A stretch of DNA of 64,000 nt from a bacterium (GCA_030698395.1 JAUYKW010000018.1:44726-108725), one strand, 5' to 3'; positions 24,997 to 35,496 are shown, counted from the first letter of the stretch. The notes: generated by a model not told the origin, from the letters alone. Made by a program: numbers and translations.

Positions 24997-26534
24997 TACG
25001 GGACATTATTAATAAATCTATAAATCGTAGCGTAAGTGACGTTTTAAGTTTGCGGAGTGTAAAAGCAGAGGTGGCAAAAGAGTATGGCATCCATATGCCT
25101 ACTAATGCTAACATATTGTCCGAATACAAAACAATGATAGAGCAGGGCGATGCAGAGGAGGATATGATATTTATGCAGGTATTGCAAGTGAGAAGTATTC
25201 GTACTCTTTCTGGAATTGCTCCTATTACAGTACTTACTAAGCCTTATGCGTGCCCAGGTAAATGCATATATTGTCCATCTGAAGCGAATATGCCCAAGAG
25301 CTATATTGATACTGAGCCAGGTGCTATGCGGGCGTTGGCTTTAAAATTTGATCCTTATGAACAAGTTAGCAAACGTTTAACTGCCTTAGAAAGAAATGGC
25401 CATATTCCAGAAAAGTGTGAGTTGTTAGTTTTGGGTGGCACTTGGTCATCTTATCCGCATGATTATCAAGAGTGGTTCATGAAACGTTGTTATGATGCTT
25501 TTAATGAGGAGGAGTCTGAGACTTTGGCAGAAGCGAAAATTAAAAATGAAACTGCTAAATACCGAGTTATCGGATGTACATTAGAAACTCGCCCGGATTT
25601 TATTACAGAGGAAGAAGTAAAACGCTTACGATGGTTTGGCGCAACTCGAATGCAGATAGGAGTTCAATCTTTAAATAAACATGTATTAGAGCTGAATCGG
25701 AGAGAACAAACGAATGAACAAGTCCAAGTAGCTACGAAGCTTTTAAAAGAGGCAGGAATAAAAATTTCGTATCATATGATGCAAAATTTACCAGGCTCTA
25801 CTCCAGAAGGTGATTTACAGGATATTAAAACAATTTTTTCTGATCCTGGATATCAGCCTGATCATATAAAAGTGTATCCATGTGTAGTGGTTAAGTCTGC
25901 TCCGTTGTATCGACATTGGAAAGCTGGAAGATATAAATCTTATTCCCGAGAAGTGCTTACTGATTTGCTGATCAAGATTAAAAATGAAGTTCCATATTAT
26001 TGTAGGATTGAGCGTTTAGTACGAGATATTCCAGAAAATTCTATTGAAGGTGGAAATACCGTTACAAATCTACGACAAATGATGCAAGATAAGGGCGCAC
26101 AGTGTAATTGCATTCGTTGTCGAGAACCGCGCGCTGATACAACAGGAATAGAAGATGCAAAAATGTATGTTGATGAATACGAATCTGCTGACGGTGTTGA
26201 ATATTTTATTTCATTAGAAAATGATGATCGGACAAAGTTATTTGGCTTCGTGCGATTACGTTTACAAGATCGAGAACAACATTGGCTGGAAGAGTTGCAA
26301 GATTGTGCAATTATTCGAGAGTTGCACGTGTATGGTCAGTTGGTTCCAGTGGCAGCAAAAGGTAAGGCAGTTCAACACAAGGGCTTCGGTCGTAAGTTGA
26401 TGGTTGCCGCAGAAAAGATTGCTCAAGAACAAGGTGCTAAAAAAATAGCAGTAATTGCCGGAGTTGGAGTGAGAAAGTATTATGAAAAATTGGGTTATCA
26501 GTTAGATCAGGAATACATGATAAAATCACTTTAG
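24984..26534 (+). CDS. elp3: Elp3-like radical SAM / GNAT acetyltransferase (tRNA wobble-uridine modification family)
   Basis: Radical SAM CxxxCxxC (CPGKCIYCP) plus a C-terminal GNAT motif QHKGFGRKLM. The track start at 24930 is GTG. ATG at 24984 keeps the conserved N-terminus. Confidence 0.75.
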   Translation: MNQALRDIINKSINRSVSDVLSLRSVKAEVAKEYGIHMPTNANILSEYKTMIEQGDAEEDMIFMQVLQVRSIRTLSGIAPITVLTKPYACPGKCIYCPSEANMPKSYIDTEPGAMRALALKFDPYEQVSKRLTALERNGHIPEKCELLVLGGTWSSYPHDYQEWFMKRCYDAFNEEESETLAEAKIKNETAKYRVIGCTLETRPDFITEEEVKRLRWFGATRMQIGVQSLNKHVLELNRREQTNEQVQVATKLLKEAGIKISYHMMQNLPGSTPEGDLQDIKTIFSDPGYQPDHIKVYPCVVVKSAPLYRHWKAGRYKSYSREVLTDLLIKIKNEVPYYCRIERLVRDIPENSIEGGNTVTNLRQMMQDKGAQCNCIRCREPRADTTGIEDAKMYVDEYESADGVEYFISLENDDRTKLFGFVRLRLQDREQHWLEELQDCAIIRELHVYGQLVPVAAKGKAVQHKGFGRKLMVAAEKIAQEQGAKKIAVIAGVGVRKYYEKLGYQLDQEYMIKSL

Positions 26535-26657
26535 ACCAAAAATTCATTAATTTGAGGACTATTATAGTATTTGGTAGGGGTGGAATTGCATAGCTAGTAA
26601 TAAGATATTTATCTGTGCTACAATAGGGATGAATTAATCATTTATTCATAAATTTTC

Positions 26658-27899
26658 ATGTTAGAACACCTCAAAAAACAGGATCCAGACTTAGCTGGAT
26701 ATATCGAAGGGGAGCTAGAGCGACAGCGAACTAATTTAGAGTTGATTCCTTCGGAAAATTTTGTATCTCCAGCAGTATTAGAAGCTTTAGGTAGTATTTG
26801 TACGAATAAATATTCGGAAGGTTATCCAGGAAAGCGTTATTATGGTGGTCAGGAATGGATCGATAAAATTGAACAGTTAGCAATTGATAGAGCAAAGGAC
26901 ATATTTCAAGCCGAACATGTGAACGTTCAGCCGTTATCTGGTGCACCAGCAAATTTGGCTGTATATACAGCGCTATTAGAACAAGGAGATACGGTATTAG
27001 GAATGGATCTTTCACATGGTGGTCATCTTACTCATGGTCATCCGGTTACATTCATGGCTAAGGTGTACAATTTTGTTCGTTATAAGACAGGTGCTGATGG
27101 CTTGATTGATTTTGATAATTTACGGGAGATGGCTTTAGAGCATAAACCAAAAATGATTCTAGCTGGTTTCTCTGCTTATTCTCGAGATTTAGATTATGCT
27201 AAGTTCAAGGAAATTGCTGATGAAGTAGGAGCTCTTACGATGGCTGATATTGCTCATATTTCTGGATTGATCGCTGCTGGAGAATTAAATAATCCAGTGC
27301 CACATTTTGATGTTGTATCTACCACCACTCATAAGACTTTGCGTGGTCCTCGGGGTGGCATGATTATGTGCAAAGCAAAACATGCCAAAGCGATTAATAA
27401 AGCAGTATTCCCAGGATTGCAGGGTGGCCCACATGAAAATCAGATTGCAGCTTTAGCAGTTGCTTTAGGTGAAGCTCAACAGCCAGAGTTTAAAGATTAT
27501 GCTGCTCAAATTCGGAAGAATGCAAAAGTATTGTGTAATAAATTGCAAGAAGCTGGATTGAAAATAATGTTTGGAACTACTGATAATCATCTTATTTTGG
27601 CAGATGTTACACCGCTTGGAATTACAGGTAAGATCGCGCAGACAGTTTTAGATGAAGCTCGCATGACACTTAATATGAATATGATTCCGGATGATCCACG
27701 ATCACCAATGGATCCATCTGGTATTAGGTTAGGTACACCCCCTGTCACAACCCGCGGAATGAAAGAACCGGAGATGGAGCAAATTGCTGAGATGATGATC
27801 CGTGTTTTAACTAATCATGAAGACGAGTCTGTAAAAGAGGAAGTTCGGCAGGAAGTGAAAGCTTTAACCGATAGATTTCCACTTTATCCAGGCATGTAA
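26658..27899 (+). CDS. glyA: Serine hydroxymethyltransferase
   Basis: LIPSENF, SHGGHLTHG and the PLP-lysine motif TTTHKTLRGPRGG. Confidence 0.95.
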   Translation: MLEHLKKQDPDLAGYIEGELERQRTNLELIPSENFVSPAVLEALGSICTNKYSEGYPGKRYYGGQEWIDKIEQLAIDRAKDIFQAEHVNVQPLSGAPANLAVYTALLEQGDTVLGMDLSHGGHLTHGHPVTFMAKVYNFVRYKTGADGLIDFDNLREMALEHKPKMILAGFSAYSRDLDYAKFKEIADEVGALTMADIAHISGLIAAGELNNPVPHFDVVSTTTHKTLRGPRGGMIMCKAKHAKAINKAVFPGLQGGPHENQIAALAVALGEAQQPEFKDYAAQIRKNAKVLCNKLQEAGLKIMFGTTDNHLILADVTPLGITGKIAQTVLDEARMTLNMNMIPDDPRSPMDPSGIRLGTPPVTTRGMKEPEMEQIAEMMIRVLTNHEDESVKEEVRQEVKALTDRFPLYPGM

Positions 27900-27905
27900 A
27901 ATATA

Positions 27906-28958
27906 ATGGCATTACAGTTAGGAATTGTTGGTCTACCAAATGTTGGAAAATCTACATTATTCAAAGCACTTACCAAGCAACAAGTTGAAGCTAGCAACTA
28001 TCCTTTTTGTACTATCGATCCAAATGTAGGGTGCGTTTCTGTTCCTGATGAACGTTTAGAAAAATTACGGAATCTTTCTCAATCAGAAAATATTATTCCG
28101 GCTGCTATTGAATTTGTGGATATTGCCGGACTAGTTGCAGGCGCACATAAAGGTGAGGGCTTAGGAAATAAGTTTTTAGCAAATATTCGAGAGGTAGATG
28201 CAGTTGTGCAAGTAGTGAGAAATTTTACTGATGAAAATGTTACGCATGTACATAACGATGTGAATCCAAAAAATGATATTGAAGTGATTAATTTAGAATT
28301 AATCATGGCTGACGTTCAGTTATTGCAAAGCCATTATCAAAAAGTAGAAAAAAAAGCAAAGGGGCAAGATAAAGAAGCGATGCAAGAAAAAGCTGTAATA
28401 GAGAAGGTACTACCAATTTTAGAGGGTGGCGTGATGGCAAACACAATTGTATTAGATCCAGAAACTGAAGAACCATTTATTAAACATTTAAATTTACTCA
28501 CCCGCAAACCATTTCTATATGTAGTGAATGTTGATGAAGGAGAAACTGTTACACCCATTGAAGGGGCAGTGGTAATATCTGCAAAGATTGAAGCCGAGCT
28601 TACGGAATTATCAGACACTGAAGCAAAAGAGATGATGGATGCTTTGGGAATGGAATCTACTGGTTTGAATAAACTCATTCAAGCAGGGTATAAACTTCTT
28701 AATTTGATATCATATTTCACAACTGGAGAAAAAGAAACCAGAGCTTGGACCGTTGAACGTGGTGCTTTGGCGCCTGAAGCAGCTGGAGTTATTCATTCTG
28801 ATTTTGAGGAAAAGTTTATTAGAGCGGAGGTTATTGGTTGGGAGAAGTTGTTAGAGGCTGGAAGTTGGAGCTCTGCAAGAGATAAGGGTTGGCTGAGAAT
28901 GGAAGGCAAGGAATATGAGACTCAGGATGGAGATGTGATGGTATTTCATCATTCTTAA
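27906..28958 (+). CDS. ychF: Ribosome-binding ATPase YchF (Obg-like)
   Basis: G1 motif GIVGLPNVGKSTLF, a coiled-coil insert, and a C-terminal TGS-like domain ending DGDVMVFHHS. Confidence 0.9.
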   Translation: MALQLGIVGLPNVGKSTLFKALTKQQVEASNYPFCTIDPNVGCVSVPDERLEKLRNLSQSENIIPAAIEFVDIAGLVAGAHKGEGLGNKFLANIREVDAVVQVVRNFTDENVTHVHNDVNPKNDIEVINLELIMADVQLLQSHYQKVEKKAKGQDKEAMQEKAVIEKVLPILEGGVMANTIVLDPETEEPFIKHLNLLTRKPFLYVVNVDEGETVTPIEGAVVISAKIEAELTELSDTEAKEMMDALGMESTGLNKLIQAGYKLLNLISYFTTGEKETRAWTVERGALAPEAAGVIHSDFEEKFIRAEVIGWEKLLEAGSWSSARDKGWLRMEGKEYETQDGDVMVFHHS

Positions 28959-28961
28959 AAA

Positions 28962-30827
28962 ATGAATAAAAAAAAATATCAAGCTAAATTTGATGCTTTC
29001 ATAAAAAGGCATCCATTATTGTTACCAGTTATTGTTTCAGTTTTATGTGGATTGGTGTTATTAATTATTGCATTAAAATCTAGTGGTTCAGATTGGTTTT
29101 TTTCGGAGGTGTTAGCGGAGACAATCTATTCAGCAATTGTCTATCATCATGAGTTTCCATTTTTTTCTTACTTTCTAAATGGTGGAACACCTTTTATTCA
29201 AGATCCACAAGGGCCATTATTATCTATTAGTACGTTATGGATTTTGATATTTGGGCCTTGGGGTGGCTTAAGATTTGCCGCATTTTTTTGGGGATTTATC
29301 GGTACCTTTTCCTGCTGGGGGTGGCTAAGACCTAAATTAGGAAGTGGGCCAGCGTTAGTTTCTGCTACTGCCTGGATTTTGAGCATGGGTTTCTTTTGGC
29401 GTTTAGTAGTTGGTCACGATATGTTCTTGTGGCACTTAGCATTACCATTATTTTTAATAGTTATTGAAAAGTTAATATTTAAACCAACATGGAAGAATAG
29501 TATATTACTTGGATTGCTAACTGGATTATTTATCCTCGGACCATCATTACATTCACTTTTATATTTTATTATCCCAGCTGTAGTAATCTGGTACGTGGTG
29601 TTGTTGGTTGGTAATCACAAAAGAATAGCTATTAAGAATATATTTCTATTTTCAGCAATGGCTATTGTTATAGCATTAGCAATTGCATCACCAAAAGTTG
29701 CTGCATGGTCACGGCTAGATATGGTGAGAGAGACACAGAGTGAAAGTGCAATGTATTTAAAGGATGCTTTAATATCAATTGTTGACACTCAAGTTAGATC
29801 TGATCGTGGGTATTTGCTGGACGAGAAGTATGAGCGGGAAAGTTGGGGTATTTGGGAAAGTAATGTTGCCGCAACACCAATAATTCTTACATTAGCAATA
29901 TTAGCGCTTTTCATAGTAGCTTTCAAAAAAGAAAAACCAAATAGTTTGTTCATTTTTTCTATTACACTGTTTTTTGTAGGATTATTTATTGCGACAAACT
30001 CTTGGTTTTGGCAAGTATTTAGAGAATTATCGAATGGTAGTTTTAGGGTATCAGGCAGATTTTTAGGATTAGCTAATTTTTCAATAATTATCTTAGCGGG
30101 TATCGCAACAAAGTATTTGACAGGAATTGTCTCAAAAAAAATTCCTCATTTATCTGCAATTTTTATATTATCAACATTTGTTTTTAGTGCATTACTGATC
30201 TATCAAGCGAGCGTGACATTATCACCATATGTAAGTTCTGGAGGTAATATCCTTAAGCCAATCACAGCTATCTGGAATCATTCAAAAAAGAAAACTGACT
30301 CACCCATGTTAACAGGAGTAAATCATTATTATTATGATCAGGAGATAGAAGCAAATCAAATTAGTTCTGGTAACCTATATTTATTATATGGTCATAAAAT
30401 AATTGGAGATTCTGTTTCTGAAATACCTCTTGATGATTTTATGAAGATATTACCGAATAAAGATATAGAAATTCCAGTCTCACCAGAATTATCACCAGAT
30501 CGTTTAGAAGTATTTCATACTAAATTAGTGATTAGTAATTTACAGCCATTGGAAGAAGTAAACATCAGATTAAAGGTTGCACCATTAGGACAGGAAATTA
30601 TCACAGAACCTAGCGGGGCTAATATCACATTAGAGGAAAATGCAGGCACAATGACATTAATTAATAATGAGAATTACTTAATAGAAAAAATTACGATAAA
30701 ACCAAAGTCTCCTGTACCAGTAATAGCATGGATAGTGTCAATATTAACGTTAATAGCCTCTATAGGCTATCTAGTGGCCAAATCTGGAATTAGTGCTAGA
30801 ATAAGGTTTCAAAAAAATAAGGCATAA
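28962..30827 (+). CDS. Large polytopic membrane protein (621 aa), unknown; first gene of the glycan locus
   Basis: About 12 hydrophobic segments, then a ~190-aa soluble region and a terminal TM helix. It starts 3 nt after the ychF stop. Confidence 0.5.
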   Translation: MNKKKYQAKFDAFIKRHPLLLPVIVSVLCGLVLLIIALKSSGSDWFFSEVLAETIYSAIVYHHEFPFFSYFLNGGTPFIQDPQGPLLSISTLWILIFGPWGGLRFAAFFWGFIGTFSCWGWLRPKLGSGPALVSATAWILSMGFFWRLVVGHDMFLWHLALPLFLIVIEKLIFKPTWKNSILLGLLTGLFILGPSLHSLLYFIIPAVVIWYVVLLVGNHKRIAIKNIFLFSAMAIVIALAIASPKVAAWSRLDMVRETQSESAMYLKDALISIVDTQVRSDRGYLLDEKYERESWGIWESNVAATPIILTLAILALFIVAFKKEKPNSLFIFSITLFFVGLFIATNSWFWQVFRELSNGSFRVSGRFLGLANFSIIILAGIATKYLTGIVSKKIPHLSAIFILSTFVFSALLIYQASVTLSPYVSSGGNILKPITAIWNHSKKKTDSPMLTGVNHYYYDQEIEANQISSGNLYLLYGHKIIGDSVSEIPLDDFMKILPNKDIEIPVSPELSPDRLEVFHTKLVISNLQPLEEVNIRLKVAPLGQEIITEPSGANITLEENAGTMTLINNENYLIEKITIKPKSPVPVIAWIVSILTLIASIGYLVAKSGISARIRFQKNKA

Positions 30828-30830
30828 TCT

Positions 30831-31592
30831 ATGGATATAAAAGTATCAGTAATACTTCCAACTTATAATGAAAAGGATAATATTGGAGATTTAGTATTGG
30901 CCATTGATAAGGAAGTTCAAGCTAGTAAAGAAATTATTGTGGTTGACGACGATTCTCCAGATGGGACGTCTCAAATAATTCAAAAGATGATCGATCAGCA
31001 TCAGGTGCTTAATTTAAGATTGATTACAAGAAAACAAGATAAGGGATTAACCAATAGTATTTGGGAAGGAATTCAGCAAGCACATGGTGAGATTGTGCTA
31101 TGGATGGATTGTGATTTTTCAATGCCTCCAAAAGATATACCTCGTTTATTAAAGAAAATTGATGAAGGTAATGATGTTGCAGTTGGTTCTCGTTTTGTGA
31201 AGGGTGGAAGCTTTAAAGAAGATACGTCAGATTCAGAAGATTCTTGGTTGGCAGTTGTGCTTAGTAGATTGATGAATGTATTTATTCGCATGATGTTAGG
31301 TAGAGATTTTAAGGATTATACGAGTGGTTTTATTGCTATTAAACGAAGCATCTTTGATAAGATAACTCTTACTGGAGATTATGGAGAATATTTTATAGAT
31401 TTGATTGTGCGAGCTAAATTATTCAATTTTAAAATTATTGAAATTCCATATACATGCTTACCCCGTGAAAAAGGTGAGTCTAAGACTGGTAGTAATTTAT
31501 CTGATTATATTAAGCGTGGCAGTAAATACGTTTGGGTGACTTTAAAGCTTTTTAAATTAAGGATGAAGTATAAGTTTTTTAGAATTGTGTAG
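30831..31592 (+). CDS. GT2 glycosyltransferase, polyprenol-phosphate hexosyltransferase (Dpm1/GtrB)-like
   Basis: VSVILPTYNEKDNI, VVDDDSPDGT and DCDFSMPP (DxD). Confidence 0.75.
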   Translation: MDIKVSVILPTYNEKDNIGDLVLAIDKEVQASKEIIVVDDDSPDGTSQIIQKMIDQHQVLNLRLITRKQDKGLTNSIWEGIQQAHGEIVLWMDCDFSMPPKDIPRLLKKIDEGNDVAVGSRFVKGGSFKEDTSDSEDSWLAVVLSRLMNVFIRMMLGRDFKDYTSGFIAIKRSIFDKITLTGDYGEYFIDLIVRAKLFNFKIIEIPYTCLPREKGESKTGSNLSDYIKRGSKYVWVTLKLFKLRMKYKFFRIV

Positions 31593-31596
31593 GACT

Positions 31597-32181
31597 ATGG
31601 TTTTACCATTAAAAAAAGAAAGTATTTCAAAAGTAGTAGATCTTCATAAGCAAGTATTGGGACACACTCTAAACGCTAGAATAGGTTCATGGTTTTTAGA
31701 GAAATTATATGAAGAGACTATGCTAGCAAAAGAAAATGGTAGGTGCTTTGTCTCGTTTGAGGATGAAAAAGTTGTTGGCTTTGTTAGTATTTGTTTAGAT
31801 TATGAAGCTCTCAGTTCACGAATTATGAGTTCATTAACATTGGTACAAAAAATTAAGGTAAGCATTTTTATGGGAAGTCATTTTTGGTTAATACCAGATT
31901 TTTTCAAGAAGCAATTGTTCTCTAGATACATAAAAGCAAATATGCCACAGCCATATCCTATGGTATTAACAATTGGTGTAGATTCTAACCAACAGGGTAA
32001 TGGGATTGGTAAACAATTGATGCATGAGGTAAAAACTAGCTTTCGTAAGCATAATTTAACAGAATTTTATCTAGATACAGAAGAAACAAACGAACAGGCT
32101 ATCGGATTTTATAAGAAAATTGGTTTTGATGAGATTGCCAGGAAATACGGCAACGTAGTTTTGCAATATAAATTGAACTGA
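31597..32181 (+). CDS. GNAT family N-acetyltransferase
   Basis: Acetyl-CoA motif QQGNGIGKQLM. ATG at 31597 lies 5 nt after the GT2 stop. The track TTG start at 31585 is rejected. Confidence 0.7.
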   Translation: MVLPLKKESISKVVDLHKQVLGHTLNARIGSWFLEKLYEETMLAKENGRCFVSFEDEKVVGFVSICLDYEALSSRIMSSLTLVQKIKVSIFMGSHFWLIPDFFKKQLFSRYIKANMPQPYPMVLTIGVDSNQQGNGIGKQLMHEVKTSFRKHNLTEFYLDTEETNEQAIGFYKKIGFDEIARKYGNVVLQYKLN

Positions 32182-33440
32182 TGAGCATTGGTAAGAGAGA
32201 AATTAAAAAGGAGCATCTTCCGATTATAGTATTGGTTGCATTTAGTATCTTGGTGCAGTTAGCAATCTTGCCAAATTTTGGTTCTTTAGATACTAATGCA
32301 TTTATTAGAGTTGTTGATACAGTGGAGGCTTTTGGATTAAAACAAGGGTATGCAATTTATAATTTAGTGTATCCGCCACTAAGCTCCATCTTTGCATATG
32401 GTATTCATTTGATAATTCCGCTTTATTCTTTTATGCCTAAGCATCTACAGGTATTGGCTATAAAAGTGGGTTTGGCAATATTTCATTATGGTTTCCTAGC
32501 TTGTATATTATTGTTTCATAGAAAAAATAAAAAGTTATCTTGGTTCGCAGCAACAAAAGAAACAATTCCTATTTTATTGAACATTGCATTGATTGAGTCT
32601 ACGTTTATTATAGGATCATTTGATATTCTTTTGGCCATTCCGTTATTTTTTGCTTTTTATTTTGTATATAAGAAAAAGTTTTTTTGGTCTGGTTTTTTTC
32701 TCGCCACCGCTTTTTGTACTAAATTATTGCCGATTCTTTTAATTCCAGCTTTTTTAGTTTTCTTTTCATCGAAATTGTCGAAGGAAAAAATTACCCTTAA
32801 TTGGAGAGCGGTAAATTTATTTTTTCTGGGTATGTTAGTTGTAGTTGTACCTTTAGTGGCGTATTTTGGTTATCCGGAGATTAGAGAAATATTTGTAAAA
32901 TCATCAGTTCATAGTGATAAGTTGTCAGCGGCTTTTAATTTTAATAGAATAGTTCGTGAATTATTTATGCCGGAGAATATAACTACGCCGGCTATTTACT
33001 ATTTTGGTCGAGGAGTATTCTTTCTAACCTCAGCATTTTTACTAATAAGATTATGGATGAGTCCAAAGAATATTCAAAATCTACTATATACTAGCATTGG
33101 AATAATCATAACTTATTTTACTTTTCTTGCTGGCGTGCATCAGAATCATATTTTTCCGGCACTAATCTTTGCTATCCTCTTGGTGATGTATAACAAAAAT
33201 AGCATAAATATGTTTATTTATTATTCTATCACTGCAATAGCCTTTATAAATTGGTTCGCACCTTATGGGTTTGGATATTTTGAAACTGTTGAATATACCG
33301 GAATTAGATATTTGTGGCAGCTTCCAGTTACTACCATTGGTTTGATATATGCTTTGTTAAGCTTGCTTACTGTTTTCTTTTTTGGGGGATATATGTGGTT
33401 GGTGTTACGACCAAAATTCTTCAGGCAGACTGAGAAATAA
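32181..33440 (+). CDS. Polytopic GT-C-like membrane glycosyltransferase (DUF2029/GT87-like)
   Basis: 419 aa, more than 10 TM segments, with a YPPLSS motif in the first external loop. TGATG overlap with the GNAT gene. Confidence 0.4.
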   Translation: MSIGKREIKKEHLPIIVLVAFSILVQLAILPNFGSLDTNAFIRVVDTVEAFGLKQGYAIYNLVYPPLSSIFAYGIHLIIPLYSFMPKHLQVLAIKVGLAIFHYGFLACILLFHRKNKKLSWFAATKETIPILLNIALIESTFIIGSFDILLAIPLFFAFYFVYKKKFFWSGFFLATAFCTKLLPILLIPAFLVFFSSKLSKEKITLNWRAVNLFFLGMLVVVVPLVAYFGYPEIREIFVKSSVHSDKLSAAFNFNRIVRELFMPENITTPAIYYFGRGVFFLTSAFLLIRLWMSPKNIQNLLYTSIGIIITYFTFLAGVHQNHIFPALIFAILLVMYNKNSINMFIYYSITAIAFINWFAPYGFGYFETVEYTGIRYLWQLPVTTIGLIYALLSLLTVFFFGGYMWLVLRPKFFRQTEK

Positions 33441-34530
33441 GTTTCATTTGTTCACAAACATAATCAATCTGTTCATCTGTGATTGCTAGACCAGAAGGTA
33501 AATATAGGCCATGTTTTGCTATGTAATCCGTGTTGGGGTAGGATCCAATATCCCCGTAAGTATTTATTAGTACTGGCTGATCTGTTGGCGAGTAAAAGAA
33601 ATCTCTAGTATCAATATCTACTTCTTTTAGCTGTGTTCGGACTTCGTCTTTAGTTTTGCCAAATTCCTCTTCAATTAAAATTGCATACATCCAAAAAACA
33701 TTTTTATTTTTCGGAAGTGTGGTTGGCAACTTAATACCTGGAATATCTTTTAGTACGCTATTATACCTTTCTGCCATCTGATTCTTCTTTTCAATATATT
33801 CATCAATATGCTGAAGTTCCCCGCATCCTATTGCAGCTTGCATATTAGTCATTCTATAGTTATAGCCAACGTGTTCATGGATGAATCTTGTATCAGAGTG
33901 ATAGAGATCTTTTAATTTTCTAGCTTTTTCAGCAATTGCATCGTCATTTGTTACTACCATACCGCCTTCTCCAGTAGTGATTATTTTATTTCCATAAAAA
34001 CTAAAACATGCAATGTCGGACATGCTTCCACAAATTCTTCCTTTGTAGGTTGCACCATGAGCTTCAGCAGCATCTTCAATTACGATCAAATTATGTTTCT
34101 GGGCAATTTCTAATATTGGATCCATATCGCAGGAATGGCCATAGATATGAACGGGCATTATTGCTTTGGTATTTTTGGTAATTTTTTCTTCAAGTTTAGC
34201 TGGATCTAAATTATATGTTTCTAATTCACAATCTACAAAAACTGGTTTAGCCCCAGTGTACATTACTGCAAATATTGTTGCGATCATTGTAAACGCAGGT
34301 ACGATTACTTCATCTCCAGGTCCAATATTCATTGTGAGTAAGGCAGTGTGTAATGCTGTTGTTCCATTATTTGTAGTAATGGCGTGCTTAACACCAAGAT
34401 AAGATGCGAACTTGTTTTCGAATTCTTCTACAAATTTTCCAGCAGATGAGATCCAACCTGTTTCTACTGCTTCTAATATATTTTTTTTTGCTTCTTCTGA
34501 TATCAGCGGTTCATTAACGGGTACACGCAT
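33421..34530 (-). CDS. DegT/DnrJ/EryC1/StrS-family PLP-dependent sugar aminotransferase
   Basis: NGTTALHTAL, and SFYGNKIITTGEGGMV containing the PLP lysine. 369 aa. Confidence 0.85.
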   Translation of the reverse strand: MRVPVNEPLISEEAKKNILEAVETGWISSAGKFVEEFENKFASYLGVKHAITTNNGTTALHTALLTMNIGPGDEVIVPAFTMIATIFAVMYTGAKPVFVDCELETYNLDPAKLEEKITKNTKAIMPVHIYGHSCDMDPILEIAQKHNLIVIEDAAEAHGATYKGRICGSMSDIACFSFYGNKIITTGEGGMVVTNDDAIAEKARKLKDLYHSDTRFIHEHVGYNYRMTNMQAAIGCGELQHIDEYIEKKNQMAERYNSVLKDIPGIKLPTTLPKNKNVFWMYAILIEEEFGKTKDEVRTQLKEVDIDTRDFFYSPTDQPVLINTYGDIGSYPNTDYIAKHGLYLPSGLAITDEQIDYVCEQMKLISQSA

Positions 34531-34533
34531 ATA

Positions 34534-34950
34534 TTAATCCATAAATATTTTAGCTTTCTTATCTCCAGGATATGGGCCTTGTTTGATTTCAATGATTCTA
34601 CATTTACTTAACATTTTAAATGAATGACCGCCAGCAACGAATAGTGCAAAATCTCCTTTATTTAGTTTAACTTTTTTTAGTACGGTCCAATCATTGCGGT
34701 AAATAGTAGCTTCAACACTGCCCTTTTCAATGTAGAGAAATTCTTGAGTAGTGGATACATTGTATTTTAAGCTTGGATGTCGATGAGGTTTTACTTTGTG
34801 ACCTTTAGGATGTTCTAATAGACCAACTTGAAGCGGGTAATTTTGTGGAGTTAAAAAACGCACTCCATCAGCCTTCATGTCTGCGGAATAAATTAAGGCG
34901 TAGACTTTTTTCCCCTCTGTAATTTCGTTTACTGCTTTCATTTGATGCAA
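34534..34950 (-). CDS. Cupin-fold WxcM/FdtA-like sugar 3,4-ketoisomerase (putative)
   Basis: 138 aa with His-containing cupin strands (HPKGHKVKPHRH). It lies immediately upstream of the DegT gene in the same operon. Confidence 0.5.
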   Translation of the reverse strand: MHQMKAVNEITEGKKVYALIYSADMKADGVRFLTPQNYPLQVGLLEHPKGHKVKPHRHPSLKYNVSTTQEFLYIEKGSVEATIYRNDWTVLKKVKLNKGDFALFVAGGHSFKMLSKCRIIEIKQGPYPGDKKAKIFMD

Positions 34951-35073
34951 GTATTAATTGAAAATCAGATTATATTATAGGTTCAAAGTACGGGGGAGTC
35001 AATTATTGAAGAATTTCATTATCATTGTTTTTTTTAACCTTTGTCTATATAATAAAGCCTCATTGAAATAATT

Positions 35074-35496
35074 ATGAAACAGTTTATTAGTCAGTTTGTA
35101 AAATTTTGTATTACGGGAACAATCAATGCTGGCATTGATTTCTTAGTATATTTAGGGTTAACGCGCTACTTTGATTTTTGGGAAAATCGTTTAGTCATGG
35201 CCACCGGAGTTGCGTTTGTGATAGCAAATATCAATAGTTATATCATGAATAAATACTGGACATTTCGAGATCCTAACGGTAGGCACAAAATACAATATCC
35301 AAAATTCTTTGCAGTTTCATTGGTTGGTTTAGCAATAAACTTAGCTGTCTTTTATTATCTAGTTCATGTATTAATGATAGACGACATTCTTAGCAAGGTA
35401 ATAGTTGCAGCAATTGTATTAGTATGGAATTTTTTCGCGAATAAATTTTGGACTTTTATTAAGCCAAAAAAAGATTTATTGGAATCTAAAAGTTAA
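35074..35496 (+). CDS. GtrA-family membrane protein (polyprenol-linked sugar translocation)
   Basis: 140 aa, 4 TM segments. N-terminus QFVKFCITGTINAGIDFLVY and C-terminal NKFWTF motifs. Confidence 0.75.
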   Translation: MKQFISQFVKFCITGTINAGIDFLVYLGLTRYFDFWENRLVMATGVAFVIANINSYIMNKYWTFRDPNGRHKIQYPKFFAVSLVGLAINLAVFYYLVHVLMIDDILSKVIVAAIVLVWNFFANKFWTFIKPKKDLLESKS

